NCBI GenBank assembly: GCA_002245135.1
Contig: NGBS01001182.1
Location: 1 to 64,000 of the forward strand
From: Proteromonas lacertae
Lineage: Eukaryota
Direction of reading: 5' to 3'
DNA: 64,000 nt
Shown: positions 26,426 to 39,955 of the stretch, one piece after another
Layout of the letters: every line of letters starts with the position of its first letter
Numbering within the stretch: position 1 is the stretch's first letter
Position numbers and translations under genes: made by a program
The notes under the pieces: model-generated
The model's database searches: none
Seen by the model: the letters and a program-made list of their open reading frames with translations, nothing else
Told to the model about the DNA's origin: nothing

Positions 26426-29023
26426 TTACAATTCATCAAATTTTCTATACATATCTTCAATCTCAGCCTTTCTGTGACTTCTTGATCTATGCCATAAGAA
26501 TAATCCAACAACTACAATCACTGCAGCAATCACAATACAAACGATTGTGATTGTAGCAGTAGTTGTATCTGGTTTTGGAGTATCTGTTGGATCAGGAACT
26601 CTATTAAATGGTGTTGGATCTTGTTCAGGAATTGGATAAGGTTTATTCTTTGTTCCCCAAGCATGTAATGTATTTTCATCAGCTTTAATTTCATCAATAA
26701 CAAATTTTGGACCGAGTTCCTTTAGGATAGATATAAACTGTTTGATCTTTAGCTAATTCGACACTCCAATAACCAGCTTTAACATGAACTATTTTTACTG
26801 TTGCTGGTGTATGATCGAATTCACTTGTTAAATCATCCACTCTGATCTTTAATGGTGATCCAAATAATGATGTTATACTTATCCAATTGGTTTTACCTAA
26901 TTGTAAATGACCAGAAACACTAAATCCACCTTCAGCTTGTAATTGATAGAATGTTGTATTTTCTAAAGCTTTTGGTCTTGTTGGGAAAACAGTGAACATA
27001 TCCTTCATCAGATCTTAATAACATATATTGTAAAGCAAAATGCCATTCCAAATGGAGATTCATTCACTGGAGATTCACTTAGCTTCCCAGTAGAATGTAG
27101 CTTGTCCAACTCGATGACATTTCCAAGCTTCTAGTAATGTTTCCCAAGCTTTTTCATCTCTACCAGGTATTAATTGATAAAATACAGAAGCCATTACAAT
27201 ACTAAAACCAATATCAGTTACTCCAAAACTTGTCCAATGATCAATTGTTTTAGTCATTACTTCTGCTAATTCTGGATTTCCTTCGTATGTTTGTGTTTTG
27301 AACGGATATACCATAAAGATATGGCTCCAATGTCGATGTTGGCTTGCTAATTTCGTATCTTTGCCTATCAAATATCCTTCTTTTTCATCTTCATGATATG
27401 GAATTAAATTATCCATTAAGTCTTTACATCTTTCAATCATTTCTTCATCTGCTACTTTTAACATATCAATAATTTTAGTTAAATGACTACAGCTCCATCT
27501 GATTATTGATAAATCCCAATGTTGTATCTTCACAACTTGTAATATTCAGGACTATATGTAGATGGAAAATGATATTTACCATCCTTATCTTTAGTAGCAT
27601 AATGATAATAGAAATTAGTAGCTCTTCTAAGTGTAGGATATAAAACATCTCTTAATAATGTCTCATTATGTGTATATTGATAATGTAACCATAATATTTG
27701 ACAAACCCAATTCAAGTTTCCTGTTATTACCCACCTCTTGCTTTGACTACATCACCTGCTGTTCCCCATGATTGACTATCTAATTTCCAATCCCAACCTA
27801 ATTCAGTACCTAAAGCACCAGAATCACCTCTAAATTTCTCTTCAACACTTTCAGTTATTGCATCTTTATTTTTATCCATAAAGTGTAAAAATGATAAGAA
27901 TTGATCAGCATGATTAGCTCCCCATAAAGGCCAAGCTGCCATTTGAACATTTAAATCCATATGGTAATCACTCCAGTATGACTCAGTATACCAAGGACCT
28001 AATAAATCATAAGCCCAACAGTTATCTTCACTTTGACATCTTGTTGCTGATCCAACTTTATACATTTGAATCCACCAAAAACTTTCAGATTGTTTATGTG
28101 GAATAGAGATGAAAGATTTCTTATAATAATCATGCCACCATTGTTTATGTTCAATATAATGCTCACCTACATCAGTTCGTATATAATCTTGAAGTATTTT
28201 TATACCACCATCTATTGCATTTACATCTCTCTTATTACATTCCATGTTACTTGATTATCAATTGTTACATAATATGTAATATGATGGTCTTTATGATAAG
28301 TGATATTCGTCATAACCATTGAAAAATCACCACCAGCTAACATCACTTTTTCACAGTAATAGAAATATCTTCCACCTCTTATTTCATCTTTACAAACTGC
28401 ATCTGGATTGAATTTATAGTTATTCAACATTCTCTTGGCAAATGGTCTGCTCTTGGATGGTATTCGATTGGAACTATCTTTTCTTCACCTTCACTTTGCA
28501 TATCAATTACAAAGACATGATGTAAAGAATCTGTGAAAATTGTGTACCATATTTTACCTTTTGTGGTGACTAATTCACCTTCGATTTGTGCATCGTATAA
28601 GTTGATTCTGGCATTGCCTGATACTATATCTCCTGCTGGACGGATGTAGAAATAACCAACAGCCAATCTAAAACGATCAACTTCACTATTTAGATTATAA
28701 GATAAGTTGATTAATATTTATACGGATTGCCAGTTAGCTAAATCAGATCCTTTCATTCGATGATCCCACACATCAGCTCTACCAATATCGATTCTCATAA
28801 TACAATTGTCTGAATCATTCAAATATGTCAATATTCCTAGATTACCATTACCCACAAATGGAGCATCATACCACTTTTTATACCATGTTGAATTATCTGA
28901 AGCTTCAAACAACCATATAGGATCAGCCTTTTTCAAAAATCCCCTCCAATCAACTTTAACGTCTAGCTGAGCATTACAGTGTAATGCAAAGGCTAGAACA
29001 ACTAAAATCAAAAGATATTTCAT
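26426..29023 (-). CDS. GH95-like alpha-L-fucosidase with signal peptide and C-terminal TM anchor (frameshifted in this assembly)
   Basis: PFVGNGNLG, WSDYHMDLNVQM, PSTYSPEY, HRHWSH, LQAEGGFSVS; N-terminus MKYLLILVVLAFALHCNA; hydrophobic ITIVCIVIAAVIVVVGLFLW near the C-terminus. Confidence 0.8.
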
Positions 29024-29492
29024 TTGGGTGTTCGAAAAAAGATTTAAGTTGTTTTTGTTATATCTTATTTCATCAACATAATTATTTAGACAATAACCTA
29101 TTTTCTTGCTTATTGAGTTATGCTCATCTATTATGCACATTATTTTGAAATACAAAGATGTGTTACTTAAGAAATGTGTATTAATGAAGAAAAATCAATA
29201 CTAAAAATATATAATCGACCTTTTAATGTTATTATGATATGATTTTACATCCTTTTTAAAAACAATCAAAAATAATTCTTCTTATAAAACAAAAAATACT
29301 ATAGGCAACAAATGCTACACTACTTGAATATAATTGTTTCATATTAATATTCGTTCAATCCATAAAGAATGCTGAGATATAAAGAAATTAAATAAAAGAA
29401 GATACAAGGTGCCAAAAAATAAGCCAAAAAGTATCAAGCCTCAAACGCATTTCATCATCAACCAATCACAACAAAAAGTATCTTATTCATCA

Positions 29493-30482
29493 ATGAAGGC
29501 TGTGGTGTTTTTGTTATTAGTATATTTTAGTGAATTCTATATCTTCATTAGTTCTGCTGCATTTTTGCTAAAACATATAGGAGCTCTTGTATAATCATTA
29601 GTTATATTTCTTAGGTCGTCATGTTTTCAATAAATTGAATGATAGTACATATCCATTATATGCAAGCTATGATTTACAACCACTTCAAATGGAAAACTCC
29701 TAGTATTATATGTAAATCTCTTATTCGTATTATATAGTTACGTTCTTCAAGACAGTCAAACATCAACTAACAGAAATTTATCCTATTTATTTAACTTCTG
29801 TGAAAATATAGAAAACTCACCGTATTCTGGTTGTGGTAAAGATAATATCACAGGTAATTCAACAGACGATTTCCTTTACGTAAAAGCTCCTGCAGTACAA
29901 ATTGATTATGGAGATACTAAATATGGTTGTTATCAATTAGGTGAAAATGTAACAAAGAATAAGTGGACATTAATGGATGCACAAGATCCATCAGTAGGTG
30001 TTATTATTCAATATATTAACGGTAGTGAGAAATTCTGTAAAGGTATTCATCGATCACTAACAATCAAGTTACGATGTGGTAATTATTACTCAGTAGAAGA
30101 TAATGTACCAGTCACTGAATTCGATCAATGTAGTTATTCCTTCGAAATTATAAATATTTTCGCATGTCCGTTAGAATGTGGTGTAGCAGATCGTGATCTA
30201 TGTAGTAAACACGGTGTATGTGCATTTGATTTAACTACAAGAAGGCCAAGATGTTTCTGTAACTCTGAATATTTTGGAGATGATTGCAGATTCAAAGGAA
30301 GTAAAAAGACATTTTTAGATGCAACTAGTTATGTATTGATTGGTGTGATTGTATTTTTATTCGTTTTATTTGTAATAATGACTTTGATTTGGAAGAAAGT
30401 CTCTTCTTTGAGATTAGATAAGACAGTTTATACACAGAATGAAGCTGGTGTTCGTGTACAATCTAAATATGAAAAAATATAA
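29493..30482 (+). CDS. Type I membrane protein with MRH (mannose-6-phosphate receptor homology)-like domain and EGF domain
   Basis: YDLQPL, YLFNFC, GVIIQYINGSEKFC..RSLTIKLRC, EFDQCSYSFEI..FACP, EGF CSKHGVC..CFC..YFGDDC, TM, terminal YEKI sorting-like motif. Confidence 0.75.
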
Positions 30483-30684
30483 AATGATTAATTCTATATA
30501 AAATTCTTATTTCTTTATTATAATGAATGAATTTTGAATTTTGGTTTAATTCTAAAAAGTTTTGCTTTTAAATTAAACTCTCAAATCTATTGATATTGAA
30601 TATAATCACACCTCAACAATAACAAATACAAAGAAAATAATCATAAATATATTATATAAAAAATAAAAGTCAAAATCACATATT

Positions 30685-33600
30685 TCATTTCACTGTTATA
30701 GGTCCAGAAGCACAATTAGGTATTGGTTGACTATCAATTTCTTTAATTTTCTATATAAATAAAAAAAATTCAATATATATACATTCAAAGTTGCTTTTAA
30801 TCTTCGATTTTCTAATTCAGCTTTGCTTCTCTCCTTTGCTAATTTCTCTCTTTCACTCCACACCTTCTTATAATCTTCTTTCAATTTATTATAAGCACTA
30901 TCCAATTTATCTTTATGTTCATTCAATTCAACTTGTTTTTCCTTCTATTTTAATAATAAATAAATAAATATATATATACATATAATTGTTCTTGTTGTTG
31001 ATTATGTATTATTTTCATATTATTATATTCATTATTTATATGATTTAACATCTTTTCTGTCTTATTCAATTTCTTTGTAGCTTCTTCCAACATCTCTTTC
31101 TTCTTTTTTGTCTCATTTTCTAAGGTTTCAGTAACACCAGTCACTTTCTCTAGTTTATTATGTAACTCGTTATTTTCACATTGTAAGCTAATCATGACTT
31201 TCTTATATTCATCTTCTTTAATTTTTATCATTTCTGAGAGTTGATTACATTGTTTTTCTAATTCATTCTTTTGATCTAATAAATTCTTTTCACTTATTTG
31301 TAATTGAATTAATTTATTGTTATAATTATCTTCTAATTGTCGTTTTGACTCTTTATATTTACGAATTATTAACTCTTTTTCTTTTTCCTGCTCTTCATTT
31401 TCTTGTTTCATTTTTTGTAAAGCTTCTACTGCATTTTCTGCAAGTTTTTGAGCTTCTTTATTCAATCCTTTCAAATTCATTTTATCTGTTTTTGCACGTT
31501 TTAAATCATTTCGAAGTTGGATTATTGCTTTTTCATGATTATTTTGCAGTTCTTTATATTTATCTTCTGTTAGTTTGAGTTGTTCATATAATTTAATTTG
31601 GTCATTTTCTTTTTCATTTAATTTGTTTAATATCATTTGAGCTTGAGTTGTATGTTCGTTTAACTGTATTTCAATATCTTTACAAATAGAAATTAAAGAA
31701 AAAAAATAATAATAATATAAAAAAGATATCTTTTCATTTTTTCATTAAACAATTGAATCCTCTTTATTATAGTTAATATCGGTTCTTGCAATTGCCCTAA
31801 TAATATCTGATCATCATTCGTAAAACCACCATCAGTCTTATTTACACCAATTATAATCACTTTTATCTTATTATATACATCAAATAATGGTAATCCAATT
31901 ATGTTTCTATAATAAGTACTTGATATTGGTATAATAACAGATAATTCGTTAATAAATGGAGTTAAATCATCACATTTACTGATTATTTTGGGTTTTGATG
32001 ATTCTATTATATTATATATAAATCCACGTCCACTACTAATTACTCCTCTTTTAGTGGATATTTCATTATAATTATTATTTTCAATCAATAATAAACAGCA
32101 TTCTTCACAATCCATTACTTTACTCAATTCACGTTCAAATGTTGGATATAAATCAGCCATCGTATGTATTGATAATAATGATGAATAGAATATATTTAAT
32201 CTCTTTAAATAATTGATAGTCTTTTCATCTTTTACTTTGTTCATTTCATATTCTTGATTGATCTTATTGTAGTCTTTATTATTATTGTGACGGATCCTTT
32301 GCATTATTATTGAGATTTCACCTGCACAGAGAGTTAAGATGGTGTTGTCATTCATATTAAATTTTCCCAAAGTATTGTCATTTTCATTTATACTTTCATT
32401 ATTATTATTTATATTGTTATTTGATAGTTTATTTTCACATTTTACAATTCCTATCAAATTACCATTTTCACTCTTGATTGTAGCGCATATTATATTTCTA
32501 CCAGTATCTATGGTTTTATCACATCTTATATCGTTAAATGGGTCATCGAAAATTGTAGTACCACCATGATTTAACATATATTGGAATATACCTCTATTAA
32601 TTGGATGTTTGATGATTTTACCATTTGCAATATCTTCAGTCCATAGGTAAGTACCTTTCTTATCACATATATAGAGAGACGAACTTTCACAATTTAATAA
32701 TTCTTTTAAATCATTGTAAACTATACTCATTAATGTTTCGATCTTATTACTGGATAAAAATCCATCTTGTAGACTGAGTAAAGAGTTAACTGTTTTGATG
32801 GAGGTTTGTTTGAGGATTTCATCATTACTATGTTCATTCACTTCCTTTTGGCAGTTTGTTAATAAGAGATTCTTTATCATTTAAGGTGTTATTTAAGGTG
32901 GTAATTTCTGTATGGGATTCGTTGATGATTTGACACTTTTCAAGACAGGAACCAATATGATTAGCTATTGTTAGATAAACTTCATTATTACCATTGAAAT
33001 ACTCCTTCTCATTATTTCCAAATAATAAAATTCCGTTTATATTGCCTTTATTGTCATGGAGAGGTACTGATAATACAGAATGACATAGTAATGGATTGTA
33101 TAATATATCATATTGTGGATCATATCTTTTATCTTCACATAACTCTGTTATTACAACAAATCTGCCTGTGGAATAAGTTAGGCCTGTCAAACCTTTGTTT
33201 GGCTTGAATCTGATTTTCCTATTTCTGATATATGTTACTAATGATTGTTTATCAGTTGTTAATGAGAATAATGTCATGGAAGACATTCCCAATAGATTAC
33301 TACATTGATTTACTACAACTTCAATGAGATTCTGAATTGAGATTGAATGAGAAGTTATTTCATACACTTTCATAATTCCAGATGTAATATCTTGTTTCAA
33401 GTAAATAAATTAAAGAATTCTAATTATATATATTTAAAAACATAAAAATAGGATATTTTCAGCAATATTCTGCTCACATTCTTGTGTTTTCTTCACCATC
33501 TTGTTATATTTTGAGCATAATGACAATATAGGTGAAATATAACCACAATATTGTTTAAACAACTCTTCATGTTGAGAAGTGATATTGTTACTTCCACATT

Positions 33601-35339
33601 CTAATCCACCAATCATTTTGCCTTTAGATGAGTATATTGGAACACAAAGTAATGATTGAGTTGGTATCTTTTGAATACCATCAATATTCATATTGTATCT
33701 AACATCTTGAAGAACATTTAATACTTATATATAATTAAGGGAAAGAAAAAAATAATATATGATAGAAAATAAGAGTATAAATAGATAAGAGATAATATAT
33801 AGTAATTTATAATAATTTAAAAAGGATATATTTATAACAGTATTATTCAATAAACATTTTCCAATAATTCCATCATTCTTATTAAACTTATAACAATTTC
33901 CTCTAACATAAGTGAATATCTTTTCATTCTTATTATCTAATATCCATATAGTAATCCATTCTAAATCAATAAGTGGAGGTAATTCCTTATGAATCATATT
34001 ACATAGTAAATTATAATCAGTTGTTGATTTGAAGAGTGTTAATAATAACTTGATGGTTAAATCTTTTCGTTTTTGTTCAGTGAATAAATTGATGTGGAAT
34101 GTTTTCGGTGTTTTTAATAACTTCGTCTGTCTTTTGATTTGTGTCATTTATCATGTTATGTAATTCCATAAATCTATAGGAAAATAAAAATAAATAAATG
34201 AGAAATAAAAGAATGATATACTTAAAAGCTCTATTATAAGTCAATAATAATTGTATTTCTTATATCTTCCACAGCATTAATGAATATATTGTTATTAGTC
34301 CATCCCATACATATTATTATATTTATCATATTATTGATATTAATAGGAATGAATATTACTGTATGATATCGATGTACTTCATTAGGTGTTAATTAATATA
34401 TCATTTGTTCGAGATACTTGATCGTATAATTTCTATATAAATAGAGTAATAATATAATAATAATATATACAGATAAATATTCATCGCTGATTATTATATT
34501 CGATTTTGATGATTGGTTGAATATTTGAACATGATCTGTATAAAATATATCCAATAGTAATGTCTGTAAATGTGAATCAATTTCATCCACTGAATTGTAC
34601 TTGTACATTGTATTATTAAAAGTAAAACAACATTTCCAACGACTATATTTTTAATAATTGAATAAAACATACGTTATTTCACTGTGACATTCACTAATTG
34701 TGTTATTCAAATTATTTAACATTTCTCTTTGCTGATCTGCTTCATTCTGAAGTGTTAGTAAACTATTATTGAATTGATTTACCATTTTGTTATGTTGTTG
34801 TAGTTCATTGAATTGTGCCTTTTCTACTGATTGTAATGATGATAAACATCCACTAAATATTTCTACTAGTGTGTCTAAACCTTCTAATTCTGTTGGATCA
34901 ACTCCTTCAATGTAAATACAGCTTGTTAAATCCTATTATAATATTATAATATATAAATACTCCTTCATCAGTAAATACAGGATAGCATGAATGATATAAA
35001 CCATTTCTTTCATCACAACTATTAATTATGAGTAAATGTAATATACATTATTGCTTCATGTGTGTCTCTTAACTCTTCCACATATGAACCTGCTTCGTCA
35101 GACAAATCTATTGAATACTTAACAAAATTAAAAATACCTGGTTGAGGAACTGTTAAGTCAACTATTAGTACTTCTTTAATTGATGGTATTGAAGACACCA
35201 TGGCTTTTAGACGCTTTGCAGCTTCAACTATAAAAAATATAAAAGCATGAATATAAAATTTATAATTAATGTCATTAATCATACGTGTCACACTAAATTC
35301 TTGTTTTGACTCCTTAAAAAACTTTACAGATTCATTCAT
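30685..35339 (-). CDS. Multi-GAF-domain protein with C-terminal coiled coil
   Basis: Repeated GAF signatures (GIIGKC, D.RY...D, SLLCVPI, SVLSVPL, CENK...F...D, VNKTDGGFTNDD); no PDE or cyclase catalytic motif seen; contains three AT-AN introns. Confidence 0.8.
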
Positions 35340-36201
35340 TTACAAGAAAACAAGCAAACAGTTTTCAAATTCAAAAAAGCTTGAATTGAATCAAATCTTT
35401 TTTTCAATTTATTTTGACAAAATTATAATGTAGACATATTAATAAGCAGATAATGTTATATTATATGACATGTGATCAGAAAATAATATAATTTTGTGGG
35501 TATAATAAAATGATCATTCTTACATTGAGTGTTAGGTATTGATAATATACATACATATTCCATTACACTCAAAGTGCCATAATTACAAAAATAGGGTATT
35601 ATCATAACAGGATTACAATTATGAAAGTCAATGGTGTCTATTCAGTAGAAACATTTTTAAGTCTATAACTAAATAATTCATAACTAATTTCTTCTGTAGT
35701 TCACCTAAATGAGTTAGATTCTTTCATTATTTTTATTTAACGATTTTATCTATATCAATACAATCTAGCCAATCATTTACATTAATTCAAGTAATATAAA
35801 TCCTTATATAAAACTCTATTAGTAATATTCTTCCCTACTTATTTATAAACCATAAATTTATCTTCATTCACTACTTCTTGATACAATATACTCAATAATG
35901 TATGAATAAAGATCTCTATAGCTTTAGGTAATTCACAAAACAAGAAAAAAGAAAAAAATAAATTGTCGGGACTGCACCGAATGCTGACCCCACCGGTCTA
36001 ATCGATATAAATTAAATAGGAGTTATCTTTTATTATCATCTAATTATTTTAAACCACATTGGCATTTCAAGAGTGATATTAAAATGTATATTTCTGGCTT
36101 ATTATAATGACTTAAATATTCATTTTTTCATCTATCAATATCTGTGCTATTTTTCTATACATTCTATATATATTATGATTTTTATTTTGATCTATTGTTA
36201 G

Positions 36202-36681
36202 ATGAAGGACACAAGAGTAACTTTACGTCGTCATCATTCTTACAACACCGCTTCAAATAAAATAAGAAAGATTAGAACCCCAGGTATTCATTTATAGTGT
36301 TAATTAAGAATAGGAGGTAGAATTGTCGTACAATACAGACAAAAAGTTGCAGCTGGACCAAAATGTTCATGCGGAACTGCATTAAAAGGAGTATTTCCAT
36401 TTAAAATTATATAATCACTAAATAGATCCCACATTTAAGACCACGTGAATATTCTCAAATTTCACACCCACAAAGAACAGTAAAACGTACCTATGGTGGT
36501 GTATTATGTCACAAATGTGTCACTGATAGAATTTTAAGATCATTCTTAGTTGGTGAACAAAAAGCCGTAACAAAGGTCATTGAAATGAGAAACAGAAAGA
36601 AGAAGTTAGAACAACTCAGCAAGAAGAAGGGAGGAAAATCACAAAAGAAAGCCTGCAGGTAAAAAAGCAGGAAAGAAGTAA
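36202..36681 (+). CDS. RPL34: 60S ribosomal protein L34 (eL34)
   Basis: RVTLRRHHSYNTASNKIRKIRTPGG, PKCSCG, RTYGGVLCHKCV.DRILRSFL; two introns; C-terminal stop at 36662 or 36681 depending on one indel. Confidence 0.97.
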
Positions 36682-36814
36682 ATAAAATGATAAACTTTTT
36701 TAATCTCTCACTCTTGAACATTATTAGTTGTGTTTAATGTGAATGGGGGAAATGTTTTAGAATAAAAACGTAAACAGCAATAATAAATAACTTATTAATT
36801 TATTCGTACAAGAT

Positions 36815-38036
36815 TCAAAAATAATTATAATAATCAGGTAGATAATAAGGTCTTGAAATGATAGTTCTATCTGAAAATGGTGTCCATTGATAATTATCCA
36901 CTTTTTCAAGCCAAATTCTAGTATGAAACACCATAAAACTTTCTTTTAAAAGATTTCTAAAATCAATCCTTCTATTAAAACATAAATAAATAAATAAATA
37001 CTCATTGGAAACATAATAAAATGTTATTTTCTTTCTATCATATTGATACTGAGCATCAATCAATCGCATATCATAATTAAATGAGTAGACTAAATCTTTC
37101 ATAATGGCTAGTGCAATAATTTCATCGTTTTTTGTTATATTTTCATAATAATATACTTCTTCTTCATCAGCTATTCTTAATATTTTGGGTAAATTTGTAT
37201 TTCCTTCATCATTTGAAATCTATTTTAAAAATCATTATTATAAATTGATTATACAAATGTATTCTTGATTTTTCCTATATCTATTCCTCTATCTCCTTCA
37301 AACAACACATAATCATTTTTATCATAATATTCTAAAGATTTATTTCCATCATAATCACTTACACAATAAATATCTTTACTATATCTTCCTTCTAACTATA
37401 TTTTAAAAAATAAAAAATAAAAAAAAGCTGATATTATTATACAATATATATTACAGGTGAAAATATTGATTTATTTAATGTAGATGGTGAAATAATACTA
37501 CTCTTATTATCAGCTTCTTCTGATTTATTTTCAATACTTTCACTACTTAAATCATCACTTGATGAAATTGAATCATTCTCTTTTGTTATTTTGATTGGTT
37601 TTGATTTGGTTGATCTGTATGTATCTATAGTAAAGCTATTATCTGAATCAATTTCATCGTCATCATCACATGGGAATTCAAGTCCAAAAGCCTTGAATCA
37701 TAATTAAAAGAATAATCAGTACTATTTTGGGGAAACTAGAGACTGAATGGATTGAATATTCTTCACTATCTATATACACAAAAGTAATATAATAAAATAG
37801 TGATATACATACCTTTCAGTGAAGATTTATCTTTATTCATAAAGATATTTGATGATTCTATTATTCAATTTATTTGTATTTAATTTAATTTAATTTTACT
37901 TTCAACAGTTACGCTTGTGGACTTTATATTTTGTATGAAGTTAGCCAATGTGTATTTCTTAATCTCCTTCTGTATTTATTATTAAGATATCACTACCTAA
38001 TAATCCTTTGATTGGATGTGATTGACTAAACATCAT
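36815..38036 (-). CDS. PSP1 C-terminal domain protein
   Basis: VVFEGDRGIDIG, KILRIA, MRLIDAQYQYDRKKITFYY...RIDFRNLLK..F..FHTRIW. Confidence 0.85.
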
Positions 38037-38125
38037 CTTAACGAAGAGGATTTAAAGTTTTTGATTATCTAAAACGAATATATTTTTGGGAAGATTTGGC
38101 AGTTTGAATTTCTTTTTTTGGTTAA

Positions 38126-39883
38126 ATGGATAGCTTTACGACACCTATTAGGGGTCCAGAGTCGTTCGCAACATTTAACAGCAGTTTAGAACAGAATAAG
38201 GATAAATGGAATGAGAGAGCCTCTACTTTATTCAATATTATTGGTGATTTGGATCATCAGGTATAATAATAGTTTTAAAAATAGAATGACAATAATAAAA
38301 AAACTTTGACAAAACTTCAAGCTGAAAACATGGAAGCTAGAAATAAATTACAGAATTATAGTGAGAAAGTATTTCATTATACATTTTAAAAATATTTAGT
38401 TGGACAAAGTAAAAAGTACCAAAATACCAAAAGAACATTCAAATGTAGATGAATCTTTTCGAAGAGATACAATGAAACAGAAGAAGAAAGACAAAGCAAA
38501 AGCATTATCATCAGAGATTAAATCATTAGAACAAGCCACATCAGAGAATCAAGCACAAATACAAGAACTAGAAAGTAGAATATTAAACAATGAAATAATC
38601 AAAAGTGCTTTATTAAAAACAATTGAATATGAAATGCAGAATATAAATAATCAAGCAAATAATCAAAATAATATACGTATGAATAATATTATTTTATATA
38701 AATTATATATATAAAATAGAATTGTTGTTGGAAATTGAAAATCAAAAGAAAACAATAAATCAATTGAATTCACAGTTACAATCTTATCAAACAGAAAGTG
38801 ATGTAACTAAGAAATATTCTCAACATTTACAAGAATCATTTACAGAAACAAAAGTGAATTATGAACAATTGAAACAAGAGAATTATACAATAAAACAAGA
38901 GAATGAGAGATTGAAGAAAAAGATCCATGAGAATAATGTAGTTCAACAAAGTTCAAATAAACAGAATGAAGAAATGATAAATGATTTGAGAGGAAAAAAT
39001 CAGAAATTAATTCAATTATTGACAAATTATAAAGATAAACAGAAAGAGCTTCAAAATGAGATTATTGAATTACAAACTCAATTGAAAGTATTTATTTTTA
39101 TTTTTTATGATTTTTAATAGGATTTTGAAGACACTAGACAACAATTGGAAGAATCAAATCAAATCATTAAATCCAAATCAGATGAAATCAGTAGAAAAGA
39201 TGCAATTATTGCAGATATGTCTTTAAAAATCAATGATTTAGAGCAAAAAACTAATGAACTTGATTCAACCAATCAAAAAGTAGATCAATTACAGTCAGTA
39301 TTAATGAATCAAGGAAATGATATAAATGCAAAGAAATCTTATATTAATCAATTAGAAGCAAAGATTGCATTATTGCAAAAGCAGTTAAATACATTACAAT
39401 CATCTTATAATCTTTTGAATGATAATTGTGAATATTTGACTAAAACAAATCAATCATTAACAGTATATTTATATTTTTATTTTATAATTATATTTTTATT
39501 AGAAAGATTTAAATGATTCACTTACTCAAAATGCAGAAGGTTCAGTGATAGAAGCTCAATATGAACAACTGCAGAATGATGTTGAGAAATATAAAAGACA
39601 AATATCTTCACAAAATACACAGATTCAAATGTTAATTTCAGAAAAGACAAAGCTATCTGCTATAATTAAGGATAAAGATAATGAGATATACTTGAATTCA
39701 TTGAAAATAGATAATTTAGAATCACAGCTTCATCAATATGATCAGCATGTGAAAAGAACTACTTCATTAATAGAATCTGTAACTCCAATAAAATCCAACA
39801 TGAGTTATTCACCCAATACAATGAAAACACCTTATTCTTATGGATATACAAATTCTTATACTAATAGCAATTCTATGTATTAG
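38126..39883 (+). CDS. Coiled-coil hypothetical protein
   Basis: Heptad-rich ORFs joined by GT-AG introns. Confidence 0.7.
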
Positions 39884-39955
39884 TTAATTCGCTTTTTATT
39901 TTTGAATTTTGAATTTGGCGCTAAAACAATAAAAACCCGCGAAAAATATTATAAA

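Noticed and set aside
35800..36200. Firm call of U1 snRNA, RNase MRP or 5S rRNA for the GC-rich island
   Set aside because: Diagnostic elements (ATACTTACCTG, GAAAGTCCCC, full-length 5S structure) are not found; kept only as an unidentified candidate.
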